Shown here: one piece after another, positions 10,827 through 23,700 of the stretch
Layout: every line of letters begins with the position of its first letter
How positions within the stretch are numbered: the stretch's first letter is position 1
The notes under the pieces: model-generated
Seen by the model: only the letters and a program-made list of their open reading frames with translations
Databases searched by the model: none
Told to the model about the DNA's origin: nothing
Assembly (NCBI RefSeq): GCF_964188315.1
Contig: NC_135660.1
Coordinates: 30,814,001 to 30,878,000, forward strand
From: Podarcis muralis
Taxonomy: Eukaryota
Reading direction: 5' to 3'
Length of the DNA stretch: 64,000 bases
Made by a program: the position numbers and the translations under genes

Positions 10827-12173
10827 CTATAGAGTAAAAATTAGATAATATTTTTCTAAATTTAATTAAAATTTTCTTGTTTTTGCAAGGGTTTTTGATA
10901 GGCCACAGTTTGGCGTGTCCTTGAAACCTGGCAAGCTGGGGTTGATAACTATGGTTTGTTTAAAATAGGTCCATTTCAAATGATGGTTCACGAAGTTGGC
11001 TTGTTCCCACAAACCAGAGTTACAATTAACCACCATTTATGGTTCAGATGTTTAACACTGACCTCTGGTTAATCAAAATGGAAAGCGCAAGTTTACAATC
11101 CATTCCTTGCCACTATGCCAGAGGAGGAGAGTGGAGTGGGCAGGGCACAAGCCCATGGGATGTCTGAACACAATATATTCCAGATCTAGAGGAAGAGAAT
11201 GGGAGCCTCTCTGACTTGCATTGTGGTTACCAGCAGAAGAAGGCTACAAGGAAGTAGCTCTAGAGAACTTGGAGCACCTCAAACTCTGTTGCAGTACTAA
11301 ATTAAATCCACCCAATCATTGCAATTAGATAAGGAACAATTTGCCTGTCGTCCTAACAAAGGTCCAAGGCACCCAAAGACTTTTAAAACAAACACTTGAA
11401 CTATTTGTAACAGTGGTAGAAAGATAAAGTCTCTGAAGACACATCCATCTAACCCACTGATGTTCTGACTAGAGTTTTGCTGAAAACTCTCATCTAATTT
11501 CTGAAACATTTTCTTTACCTGCAGAAAAAGAGATTTCAATCTTTCTGCCTCTTTCTGCTTTAGACTATCTTTATAGTTTTGGTGGATGCAGGTTCGACCT
11601 TAATTTATCATTATGAAATAGCTGTGTGTGGGGGTGTGGGGGGGTGTTTTCCCCCATTAAACATTTATCCAGCATTCTGCAGCCTTCCCAACTGCCCATA
11701 CTTCCTGATCTCAAAAAGCCCCATGGGAAGAGTTCAGACATCTTTCCTTGGGTGTTAATTTAACACTTTTAATGGAAGCCAAATGAGTGGCTACTGAGCA
11801 CCTGAAGTCACAGTGCTTGCTGATTTTCCTTACTTTCCCATTTTTTAACAATACAAAATCACTGATTTAATTAAAAGGTAACAATGAACAATAGGCAGAC
11901 AAACAATAGGCAACATGCCTACCTTCTGCACTTATGGGGGAGGGCAACTGAGGTTATTATGGGGTTTTCAGGAAGTGTAGGCACCCAGGAAGGCTGCAGA
12001 GGGCAGACCATCAGAGGGATAATTTGTGGAATTAAAGAAACGACACCATCAAACATCCATTGGTCATCTCAATCTGAGGCAGGTGCAACAGAAACCCCGC
12101 ACCCCAGCTATCAAAATTTATTTGAAATTCCCTTTTCTCTTTGATAATTGTCAAATTCAATTTATTTTCTCGG

Positions 12174-12419
12174 TACAGTGGTACCTCGGGTTACATACGC
12201 TTCAGGTTACATACGCTTCAGGTTACAGACTCCGCTAACCCAGAAATAGTGCTTCAGGTTAAGAACTTTGCTTCAGGATGAGAACAGAAATCGTGCTCTA
12301 GCGGCACGGCAGCAGCAGAAGGCCCCATTAGCTAAAGTGGTGCTTCAGGTTAAGAACAGTTTCAGGTTAAGTACGGACCTCTGGAACGAATTAAGTACTT
12401 AACCCAAGGTACCACTGTA
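12174..12419 (+). mobile_element. Tigger-like MITE, family 1
   Basis: tacagtggtacctcgggtt ... aacccaaggtaccactgta; TA TSD; very similar to 60303-60548. Confidence 0.95.
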
Positions 12420-13216
12420 CTTGATTGAGAACAGTAAAAAAAATGCAAAAGAATTTTTTGTAACAGCACTAGATCTGAATGTCTAAAATGGTTGCATTTC
12501 ACTTGGAAAGGTTAGAGATACTGTAAGTGTTGTTGAGAAATTCAAGATAAGGTATTGCTTCATCCAAACGCAAGGAAAGATCTTGCTTGATAACCCTAAA
12601 TCCTACAGTAATTGGATCACATAAACTACATAGCAAAGCTTAATGTTGTGCAAATGCTTGTTGTAATTTGATCAGATGAGAACACACACATGCTGGTCAT
12701 CTAGATACAGGGCATGTAGAAGGCAACGGCCACAGTCAAGACTTCGAAGTGGAAAATGTTTGTTGACACAATTAAATGTAAGAAAAATGCCATCCTCCCT
12801 AATCCTGTTATGAGCTGGATTAATTTTGAATATTTTTCTTTAAGCGTTCATATGATCATGGCAGAAAACAGGCTATTTCAAGCAGGGTGTTGAAAGCAGG
12901 AGTGATACATTCCACTGAAGTTGCTACCCCAGTTTTTCCCCGGAACAAGCTGTTGCAATGCACCCTGGATCTCTTTTGCCTGGAAAGGTGAATCATCTAC
13001 CTTGGAACTGTTCTAAAAATATACAGGCCTGGGGAATTTCATTGTCAGTTGATTTCTGCATTTTTTGGGAGACTATGGATGTTTTCAGGCATGACGAGAA
13101 AAAAGCTCATGACCCTTTCCGTCTCACGCTTTCTGCGTCTGTGTTGATGTTGCTAACGCAGGAGAAAAACCTGCAGGGAAGCCTCCTAAAGCAGAATGTA
13201 ACTACATTGTATGAGA

Positions 13217-13456
13217 AATGGACCCAAATTACAAGAAAGAAGATTCCACCTAAACATTAGGAGGAACTTCCTGACAGTAGGAGCTGTTCGACAGTGGAAT
13301 TTGCTGCCAATGAGTGTGGTGGAGTCTCCTTCTTTGGAGGTCTTTAAGCAGAGGCTTGACAACCATATGCCAGGAGTGCTCTGATGGTGTTTCCTGCTTG
13401 GCAGGGGGTTGGACTCGATGGCCCTTGTGGTCTCTTCCAACTCTATGATTCTATGA
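13217..13456 (+). mobile_element. CR1 LINE 3' end
   Basis: aggaacttcctgacagtaggagctgttcgacagtggaa...ggactcgatggcccttgtggtctcttccaactctatgattctatga with the (attctatg) octamer tail. Confidence 0.92.
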
Positions 13457-14184
13457 AATGGAAATGCTGATTTAAATGGCATATTGACTGTCCTGAGGCA
13501 TTTGGTCATGTGTTGCCCATCAGAGGGTGCTACCCACACCCAAAACACATTCCTCCATCAGTTCAGCAACTAATGCCCCATCCTCTGTTGCACAAATGTT
13601 GCACAAAAGCACACGGCTCCATTTTTCTGTCATGCACTTTCCCTCTCTAGAATACATTCTAAGCAGACAGCCTCTCATCCCCGAGATATGGGTGAACACT
13701 GCAAGAGGAATTCAACATTCACAGGCCAGACTTACAGTCAGGGCCAGCTGAGATCTTGCCGAAATCTGAATGAGAACATGAAATCTTGTGGGAGCCCACT
13801 GTTGTAGACACTGCTTGACCCAACCCACGTAAGTGAGGCTCTGACAGGGCATAGGGGCTAGGTGGACATGGCAAGGCGGGCAGCACCTTCCCGTTTTGCC
13901 TCATGAGGTGAAATGGGATACGCCGCCCCTGTTTACACCGCAACCCTATGTGTCTTGCTGAGTTCAATGTAGCATTATCCAAAGTGAGTGCAAAGAGGAC
14001 CACAGCCTTGACCTTTCCTGTCATTTACGCCATGTCTAGACACAGTTAATGCAGGACAAAGCTTGAAAGGAAAATGAGACATACATACTAACCATTTAAG
14101 TTTTACATTTCCGGGTTCAGGGTGCTGAATCAGTGGCTCTGCAGGCCTTCTGGCCCCTGGAATCTCCCCAGGCTAAACTCTTTC

Positions 14185-14383
14185 CACTGGCAGAGGAAGG
14201 GCGCTGCGGTGGGGGCAGTCCGCCCCGGGTGTCATCCCTGTGGGGGGTAACATCACCGTCCTGCCCCCCTGGAATGCTCACTGCAGGCAGCGCCCACCCA
14301 GGATGCTGGGATGCGGGCGGCTAGCCCCGCCCCCAGGTGCACAATATGTGCACCACTCCGGGTGCTGGAGCAACTAGCCACTG
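14185..14383. mobile_element. GC-rich MITE-like element
   Basis: cactggcagagg...ctagccactg termini and isolated high GC/CpG content; TSD not resolved. Confidence 0.45.
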
Positions 14384-16766
14384 CTCTGACTCTTCCTTGG
14401 CTCTTCTTGAGTGTTTTTGCCTGGCTGGAATGTGTCCTTGAACTCTCACAATGCCTCTTTCTTGCCTGGTAGGGGGATGAGGGATGAGGGAGGAGTGTGT
14501 GAGTGTGTGTAGAAATTAGCTTCCTATACAAGCTGGGTTCTTCTGCCCCACCTACCACCAAAGTGCCCCCCCCTCCCACCTCAAGAGGGTTGCTCATAAA
14601 GGAATCCAGCCATTAGGCTGAAGAAGGTTCCTCACCTTACTTTATACATTGATCTATGCATAAGAGAACCTTGGACTTCCCTTGAAGGCCATCGGCCGTC
14701 TCAGAAAGGTTAGGATGTTATTGGTGTAACTCGTTGCCACAAGTCAATGGCAGTACTGATAAGCAGGGATTAGACATGTAATGGTGTTATTTCATGTTCA
14801 TTTTTTAAATGTGTGTTTTATGGGCATTTGTATGAAAAAAACTTAATGAAGAGTGAGTTATGTCCCTACTAAGTGATGACAAAAGGACCTTTACAAAAGT
14901 TAACCATGTTGCAGTTGTAAAAATAAATATGAAACTTCTCTAATGTGTTAATGTTTCGCACTGTTTTTTTCAGTAAGCAAATGGTTCAGAAAGTGAGAGG
15001 AGGAAAGAGCCATTAAATATATTACAATTTAGAGGGTTTTTGCTTTTCCTACATTTTCTTTGTGCCATTTTTATCTTCCCTTTCCACATTTCAAACCTTA
15101 AAAAAGAGACACATTACTTTATACTTATGTGTGAATGATTTCTCTTATAATAATTTGCTAAAATTATGTAAATTAGACACAAGCTTTCTTTTCCAGTCTC
15201 TTTGTATGCTGAGAAATTAGGAATACGGATGTCTCAACAGTTTTGTAACTTTCTTTTTAACAAGACGTGCTACAAGGACTCTGAAATCAGCTCTTAGTTT
15301 ATCTGAGACACATACCGTGTTTTTCCAGTACAGCCTCTCTGCAGGACATTGTTTTATAGTTTAACATGTAACATTTCAATTAGAGATGATCCCAGCTCAG
15401 TCCAGATTGGACATGCTCAATCTCAAGTAAACAAAAGATCTTTGGTCCTATGTTGTGCTTGTGGTTTGTGTTTTAAGAATCAAACTTTTCACTGAAAGCC
15501 ATACTGCCTATTTGGGAACTCTGCAGCCGATTCTTAATATACTGCATTTGAAAGAACTGCTGTGTAACAAGGTTTGTTGAGCCTTGACAATGGTGCTCCT
15601 TCAACTTGCCTGAGCAACAATATGGAAGATCTGCTACCTTTGGGCTGTATCTGCTTTGCCTACAGTTTTGTGATTATCCATCTCAAACCTGCTCCTTCAT
15701 TGACGCGTTCCTAGATACTGGATACCTTGGGCAAAGACTGAGGGTGCAATCCAAACTTCTACACCACGGGGGCTGTGCAGAATGGCAAGGCCAGCGCAAC
15801 ACTCTGCTGTTCATGGCAGCTGGGACAGAAGGTGGTGGACAGGAAATTGTTGTGCCAGGCTGGAGGTAGGGTGGTGATTGGGCCCTTATTGGACAGCAAT
15901 GAGACAGGCTCAGGGTTCAATGGATCTCAGCTTAGCTCTGGCTGTTCCCCACCTTTGGGGCCACTTCCACTGACTGCTGCAGATGACACTGTTAGAGTTG
16001 TTCAGTGGAATCCCTGATCTAGACCTTGTGTAGAAATAATGAGCTTTCCACTCCAAGAATCAGTTTCAAAGCTTCGCTGCAGAACAGTCTTAAAACCTAA
16101 CTTAAACATTGCAAAATAACAAAGTAACATATTGCAAACAAGCAACATGGCTCAGTCGCGTATGTCTTTTATGCAGTTCAGCAAACTTTCCTCTCTCGGG
16201 TCCCAGAGACAGAGCCTAAGATTGTTCATCACTGCAGAGATTCTTTGCTACTGCTGCTGCTAGACATCTCTGACTTCTGAGTCATCAGGAAGTTTAGCTC
16301 ACTGAAATGGGGAAAAACACCACTTTCGCCCAGAGTGGAACCTCTTGCTTAAGGTAAATGTCTCTTTACAGCATTCCAAGTACAATGCATTCCAAGACAG
16401 CTTTCTATACATTAAACTTATAACTTTAACAGGCAGTCCCACCCACACATTTGGTGGGTGTAGGGGGATGTGCCACCCAATTGGAGCCCCAAAACCTGGT
16501 ACAAGGTGGTGGTAGATTTCTTGGTTAATCAAATAGCTGCCTGATCTGCATATGCAACTTCAAACTTGGAGCTATTTCAGTTCATTCGTTCCTTCCTTCC
16601 ATGGCTTGAATTCTCTGCAAATGTTAAAAATGCCCAGATCTTGTCAAGGGAGGGCACAATTCCTTTGTAATTCTGCTTTTCATTCAATACAAAACAAATG
16701 TCCAAGAGTAACAAATGGGTATGAATGAAGTTTGTTCTCATTACATAATTCTTTCATCCACTCATT

Positions 16767-17320
16767 TGTTGCAGAGTGGGCGGGTGAAGTGAAGGACATG
16801 AGGCAGGAGTTGATAATGCAGGTGAGCTGCACACAGGTGAGCTGCAAGCAAGCTGCCGGCCAGCTCTGTGGAGGCTCATTTTATTGACACAATATGCAAA
16901 CTCAGGCAGATAGATTTTGGGCTGTGACCTTTACACATCTTCCAGTCCCAAGATCGGGGGGTGGTACAAAGTTATTTTGGCACCTGTTTCCACCGCGCCA
17001 TTTCCCCCTTGCACAGTGTATGACGAAGGAGACAAAGGTTACAGACAGGACACCGCAGACTACTTGAGACCGCAAAAGGTTAGACAGAGGGCATGATGTT
17101 CAGACAGCTGTGACTTTATCTGTGAGGGGGAGTGTGCTCTGCACTCCAAGGTCACACGTGCAGGCAGGCTGAAGCTGCCTGCGGGTGGGGAGTGTGCTCT
17201 AGACCCAGCGATCATTCCTACAGGCGGGATTACCTTTGTCTTGCCAGCAGCAGAGGTTCTTGGTGTGTCTACCATTTAGAGGATGCCACTGTCTTCTTCT
17301 ACCCAGGATGTCATGAATGT
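16767..17320 (-). mobile_element. probable ERV-like solo LTR
   Basis: minus strand ends ...ctctgcaaca; AATAAA on minus at 16880-16885; duplicated motifs caggtgagctgca and ggggagtgtgctct; right boundary and TSD not resolved. Confidence 0.35.
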
Positions 17321-17377
17321 CCAGGGTGCCCTGCCACTATGAGGGGATAATCATCCTTCTCTCTCTCTCCCCCTCTA

Positions 17378-17413
17378 TCTTCTTCTTCTTCTTCTTCTTC
17401 TTCTTCTTCTTCT

Positions 17414-17448
<35 letters not shown>

Positions 17449-17457
17449 TTCTTCTTC
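17378..17457. repeat. (TTC)n microsatellite
   Basis: direct read, one interruption. Confidence 0.98.
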
Positions 17458-19000
17458 CACCATTTACATGTCTCTGTGCCCTGGAACAGCACAGCATCTA
17501 GGGCCTTATAGAGAAAGAACAGTTGCTTCAAGTAGTCAAAGGTACCAGAAAAATAGCTTCAAAGATAGGATTCTGTCTACATAAGTCAAGTAACTTTGCT
17601 AACACTTTGACAGCCCTTCTCCAAGTGAGGTGCAACAAACAGCTATGGGAGAGAGGGCCTTTTTGGTGGTGGTGACCTGGCTGTTGAATGCTCTCCTCAG
17701 AGATGGTGGCCTGGTGCCTAATTTGGTACCAGGCAACCTTTTTCATTTCCTAGGCCTTTTAATCCAATTTAGCTTTAAGCTGCTTTTGTTCTGTGACTTG
17801 CGTTGTTACATATATGGATGCTACTGTTTTATTTTTATTGAACTGCAGATTGTTTTATTTCTTATCATGAGGCACGCTGAGAGCTTTGCTATAAGATGGC
17901 CTAAGAATACTGTAAATAAATTAATATATAATTAAATTGAAAGGTTACATAAGTTCAAACATTTAATTGGATTTTTGTGTCGTATTTCCCGTAACAGACT
18001 AACACAGTCAGCCTTCTCAAAGAAGGTTTATATTTCCTAATTAAGACGTAAGATATTGAATAGGTGTGTGCTCTATACCATAATGTGGAAGAAGACTGCC
18101 CTCTGGTGTCTATATGCACAACAACTATGGAAATGAGCACACCCAAGGTTTGTACGTAGAGAACTTTCTCTTTAAAGAAGAGCTGATTTGTTTTACTCCA
18201 TATTTTTCCAGATTACATGTTGGACATGTTGGATTGTTGTTTTATGCCATGGTATTTTACAGATTTTCCCTGCAGATCTTATCCTAATGAGTTAGTTTTT
18301 TTAATACTCTACCACACCCAGGTATTTTGTTTCATATGGGGGTGTATTTTCCTCTGGGTTGAAGAAGGATTGCTAAAATTTGCCTGGGTCTATGATTGCT
18401 GCAATATAGCAAGGTGAGAATACATTACTTTTGGGGGCGGGTCAGCACTTTGATTTAAACAGCAAATTTAAATAAACTTTTATATATGTCATAAAAAGCA
18501 AAACCCGCACTTAAGTTATTAAGAGCCCTGAGCTAATGAGTGAAATTAATTTTAGCTGCGTTTTCAGTTCTCAAAAAAGTAATTTGTGCACAAATAAAAT
18601 CCTGCTGTGAGCTCACATTTCTGAGCGATTTGAAATACACCGCTGTGGAAAAATATGTTATTGGCACATTCATCATAGATCTGAGCTCATTATTTCAAGG
18701 TTTGACAAGCTCCTGGTTGCTAGTTTAACAGGAAGCAGAGCCTTAATCATGTCAGTAGTGTTAAGGGTCCTTGTCCTGTTAGATTTGTGATGGTTTAATG
18801 TGCAGGTTAATTTTCAAAGGCCATAAAAATACATATAATTTTTACAGAGATTTAAAACTGCCCTGAGATTTAATAGTGCAAAACCTAGTTAATGTGTATG
18901 TTAAAATAGTGAGGGTTGTATAAACAGATGAAGTATAGGAGTCCTAATCACTCCCTATATTAGCAAAATTCATCTGCATGTGATGACTATGAAATAAAAC

Positions 19001-19782
19001 TAATAATAATAATAATAATTTATTATTTATACCCTGCTCATTTGGCTAGGCTCCCAGCAGAATATTAAAAACACGATAAAACAACAAACATTAAAACTTC
19101 CCTAAACAGGGCTGCCTTCAGATGTCTTCTAAAAATCAGATAGTCGTTTATTTCCTTGACATCTGATGGGAGGGTGCCACTACTGAGAAGGCTCTCTGCC
19201 TGGTTCCCTATAGCTTCACTTGTCGCAAGGAGGGAACCACCAAAAGGCCCTCGGAGCTGGATCTCAATGTCCGGACAGAATGATGGGGGTGGAGAAGCTC
19301 CTTCAGGTATACTGGGCCGAGGCTATTTAGGGCTTTAAAGGTCAGCACCAACACTTTGAATTGTGCTCAGAAACATACTGGGAGCCAATGTAGGTCTTTC
19401 AGGACTGGTGTTATATGGTCTTGTTGGCCACTTGTTGACCAGTCTAGCTGCCGCATTCTGGATTAGTTGTAGTTTCCACGTTACCTTCAAAGGTAGCCCC
19501 ACACAGAGTGCATTGCAGTAATGCAAGCGGGAATTAACCAGAGCATGCACCACTCTGGTGATACAGTTCACGGGCAGGTAGGGTCTCAGCCTGCGTACCA
19601 GGTGGAGTTGGTAGACAGCTGCCCTGGATACAGAATTGACCTGCGCCTCCATGGACAGCTGTGAGTCCAAAATGACTCCCAGGCTGCACACCTGGTCCTT
19701 CAGGGGCACAGTTACCCCATTCTGGACCAGGGAGTCCTCCACACCTGCCCACCCCCTGTCGCCCCAAAACAGTACTTCTGTA
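19001..19782 (-). mobile_element. L2 LINE 3' portion (5'-truncated) with (att)n tail
   Basis: ORF 19335-19817 contains LGVILDSQLSMEAQVNSVSRAAVYQLHLVRRLRPYL...HALVNSRLHYCNALCVGLPLKVTWKLQLIQNAAARLV, typical L2 ORF2 C-terminus. Confidence 0.95.
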
Positions 19783-20116
19783 CATCCAGTGTGCCCACAC
19801 CAACAGTTACTAGCCATGATGGTTAGGTTCTACCTTCACTGTCAGAGACATTATACCTCTGAATACCAGGTGGGCAGTGCCTTTGTGCTCATGTCTTGCT
19901 TGTGGGCTTTGGGTAGCCACAGTGAGAACATTGTCCTGATCCATCAGCCTTGTTCAATGCTATTATATTCTGAGGTAAAGGAAGCAGGGTGGGCTAAATT
20001 ATCTGTCAATGGCTAGGAATTTGCAGGGAAATGGTGTGCAATAATATTTTGGTACGCACTCTGTTCTTCTGATTATGAATTCTTCTAACTTATTTTAATA
20101 TTACATTTTAAAGGTG

Positions 20117-20118
<2 letters not shown>

Positions 20119-20164
<46 letters not shown>
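20119..20164. repeat. (AAT)n microsatellite
   Basis: direct read. Confidence 0.98.
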
Positions 20165-20165
<1 letters not shown>

Positions 20166-21109
20166 CACATTCATTCATCCATGGCATGTGCACAGCCCAA
20201 ATTTGTCCTAGATGTCTGTATATTCTATGCCTTGTGTCTGTGCTGGAAACAGTCTTTCTATTTGTCCATTCCCCCCCTTCTTATACCAGGTGCCACAGCT
20301 TAACTGAACTAACTTTATGCCCCCCTTTTCTATTGCTTCTTGTCTACATTGATTCCTGATTTGAAAAAAGGCAATGTTCCTGGGTGCCCTCAACTATATA
20401 TGTCACTGTGCTACACTTGCACAGAAAAGCATGTGTTTGGATCTTTAACCAAGAGTCACAGCCCTACACCATGGAATCCTGGTGCACAAGCCAAAGGCAG
20501 AGTGATCAAACATACATGCGCATAGTTTGCTACAAGATTTGAGAATGGTAGGTACATGCATGGCATTAGACTGGACCAGCAACTCTGCAGTAAAATCTAT
20601 AGAAGCCCTTGAGGAGAAAGAAAGAGGTGAGGGAGAAAGAAAGTGTCTTAGCAAATGGTTGGAGTTAGTGGGAAAGGAAAGCCACATAAGGAAGTAGAGA
20701 ATTAGGAAGAGAAAGCGTTCTAGATAACACCTAGTAGAGGTGACATGGGAAGTTTCTTTAACAAAGTACGCCAAGAGGAAAAGAATAGGCCAGGAAGTGG
20801 GAGAGAGAGGACCCTTCTGCCCTGATATTACCCATCCCACAGTGAAGGGATTATGTCAGTATTTTCCTTCAGAGTCTCATTGAAGGCAGGCTATACTTCT
20901 GAGACACAGTGGGTAGAGAGAAGGGTTCCTTTGTGATCTTTCTGAGGGCTTGGCAGCAAAAAACATGCCAGGATTAGCCTGACTTCCAACCAAAAATATT
21001 GATTATTGCCTCATAAGAAAAGGTTTTAAATAGAGGGTGAATTGAAGGGGGGTTGGGGGTTGGAGGAGAGGCGGAAAGAAGAGCTAATTTGGCAGTCGCT
21101 AATTTGGCA

Positions 21110-21472
21110 GGGACGTGGGTGGCGCTGTGGGTAAAAGCCTCAGCGCCTAGGGCTTGCCGATCGAAAGGTCGGCGGTTCGAATCCCCGCGGCGGGGTGCGC
21201 TCCCGCTGCTCGGTCCCAGCGCCTGCCAACCTAGCAGTTCGAAAGCACTCCCAAGTGCAAGTAGATAAATAGGGACCGCTTACCAGCGGGAAGGTAAACG
21301 GCGTTTCGGTGTGCGGCTCTGGCTTGCCAGAGCAGCTTTGTCACGCTGGCCACGTGACCCGGAAGTGTCTCCGGACAGCGCTGGCCCCCGGCCTCTTGAG
21401 TGAGATGGGCGCACAACCCTAGAGTCTGTCAAGACTGGCCCGTACGGGCAGGGGTACCTTTACCTTTACCTT
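21110..21472 (+). mobile_element. Sauria SINE, full length, subfamily A
   Basis: shares diagnostic 3' end acaaccctagagtctgtcaagact.gcccgta.gggcaggggtacc with 1382; CpG-rich; no flanking TSD found. Confidence 0.97.
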
Positions 21473-22228
21473 AGGGGGCGCGATCTGGACAGTTCTGCCA
21501 GGGGCGCAAGGTCACCTAGCTACGGCTCTGCTTCCCACCCTAGGATATTCCTCAAAGCAAAACAATTGCTTTCCTTCAAAACTTGCGAGGAAAGGGAGGC
21601 CAGTGAATGTCCCTTTGCCATTTCCCCCAGAGCTGCAATTGATCAAGTGTAAAAATAATAAAACAGAGATGGGAAAGGAGAACTGAGGGACAAGGGTTGG
21701 ACAGTGAGGAAGACTAATTAACCTGCCTGTGATCCCAAAGGACTGAGCACACTTTTAAGTTTTGACCTCATTCTTAAAGGTTCAGCTACGGAAGAGTTTT
21801 CCTAGATCACACGGGGACAAAGGGACTTGGTTCTAAGTTTTCCTACCATGGGTGATGACTGCAAAATTTTGTGATATACATGTGCATAAATTGTGTGGAG
21901 AACCTTAAAGTTGCCAACACAAATGGATGTGTTTATTGGTATTTTATTTTCCAGTTTTTATTAATTTAAATCATTTATATAGCGCTTTGCTGCTGTCGTC
22001 TCTAAGTGGTGTAAAAGAAATACAATACAGAAAAGGTTAAAACTAGAAAATCAGGCTTCGATTAACATAACTGCTGGAATACTGAAAAAAATAATTCAGT
22101 AGGCATCAGGGTTTGGGGTCCCGGTTTTTTTCTTGTGTTACCAGAAAGTTTAGTGATGCCTTTCTTGCCAACCATTGTGTTATCTGCTTACTTTCTAAAG
22201 ATAGCTTAGCATCTCCATTTCCTATTTC

Positions 22229-22447
22229 CCATGGACTGCAAGAAGATCAAACCATTTCTTAAGGAAATCAGCCCTGAGTGCTCACTGAAAGGACAGATTC
22301 TGAAGCTGAGGCTCAAATACTTTGGTCACCTCATGAGAAGAGAAGACTCCCTGGAAAAGACCCTGATGTTGGGAAAGATGGAGGGCACAAGGAGAAGGGG
22401 ACGACAGAGGACGAGATGGTTGGATAGTGTTCTCGAAACTACTAACA
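22229..22447 (+). mobile_element. BovB (RTE) LINE fragment
   Basis: EISPECSLKGQILKLRLKYFGHLMRREDSLEKTLMLGKMEGTRRRGRQRTRWLDSV is the BovB ORF C-terminus. Confidence 0.95.
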
Positions 22448-23485
22448 TTTGCTGGAATCCCTGGCACTGCCCCCCAACCCCACTAGTCTTCTATGAAGCT
22501 ACATTCTTCTTCACTTTTGCATCACAGAAGACTATTCTGCGTGAATGAAGTGAGACCTCAGAAAGCAAGTGCCACAAATTATTTGGAAGTAAAGTACCTT
22601 TGAAATTAGCAGGAGTTGCTTTCAAGTAAAATGCACTCAGGATTTGGGTGCCGGCGAGTTTCATATCATAACATCCATTTAGCCATCCCATTAAGATAAT
22701 AGGGCTCTTCCTTCTAAACTGTCTGTTGTTGTTTAGTGAATTCTTTGGCTCATTTTGTCAGTGAAAAGGGCTGGATAACTTAAACAAGCTCCTAAAATGC
22801 TAGTTATTGAATATGCCTTTAATATCTGGTGCTTAGGAGCTTTGAAAGGCATTTACAACAGCAGAAGCACCTTCCTGTCCCCCTTAAATTACAGAGTGCT
22901 GTGTTTTTAGCTTTTCTGTGTTAGAAGGAGAAAGAGAAAGAGATCACTGTCTCCAGCAATTGGGACTGGTTGAATTAGATGTTTCCCGGATGGGCCACTT
23001 TCCCTCTAAAACCTCAAAGATAAAATGCAGGGGTTTGTGTTTTTTTGCTTTTTTTAAAAAAATGTATTCAACAGAACATTTTTATAGGAGAAGCGTGTGT
23101 GGTCTTTAAGACAACTGAGGAAATCTAAAGTGTGTTTTTAAAAAAACAAACGGAAGCGCTTGGCAGTGTTAGGCCTCCCCCTTCTTTTTCTTTTCTTTTG
23201 AAAGCTCGCTGTTTAAGTTTTAAGAGGATTAAGGCTGAACCCACTTTAATGAACACCTGTGAAGAGGTTACACCTGTTAATGAACAGATGAAGCACTCTG
23301 CATCCAGTTTAAACACATGGAGTCTGCATATAGCAGTGCTATGCTGGAACCTGTCCTCTGATTGCTTGAAAGTTTCCATCTGCTGCAAAAAGGCCCTCCA
23401 TTTTTTTCTGTGTTATTCTTGGGGAGCCTCAGAAGGTCTTTAGCATTTCAGTGAGTGAAGGGATTTGAGCCTGCTATATCACTGC

Positions 23486-23700
23486 AAGAAGTAATGCAGG
23501 AGAAATTCAATTCAGTTTGCATTTAAAGGTGAATCTACCAAATTTGCACTTTATGAAACAATATGCAAAGTGAAACATAAGCATCACTTGAAGTTTTCAG
23601 TTTTCTGAATCTGGCAATGCAGTGATGTGCAGAAAAATGCATACACTAACGTAAAGTGTACATAAAAATGCATATATTAGCAGCAATAATGCAGCAGCAA
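23486..23700 (+). repeat. unclassified interspersed repeat
   Basis: gagaaattc...tttgcatttaaaggtgaatctaccaaatttgcacttt matches the reverse complement of about 37780-37845. Confidence 0.55.

Noticed and set aside
11297-11518. Minus-strand acceptor followed by a 73-aa open frame
   Set aside because: Unrecognised peptide, no downstream donor before the stop, and a frame of this length is expected by chance.
17317-17531. Poly-Phe and poly-Lys ORFs
   Set aside because: Artefacts of the (TTC)n microsatellite.
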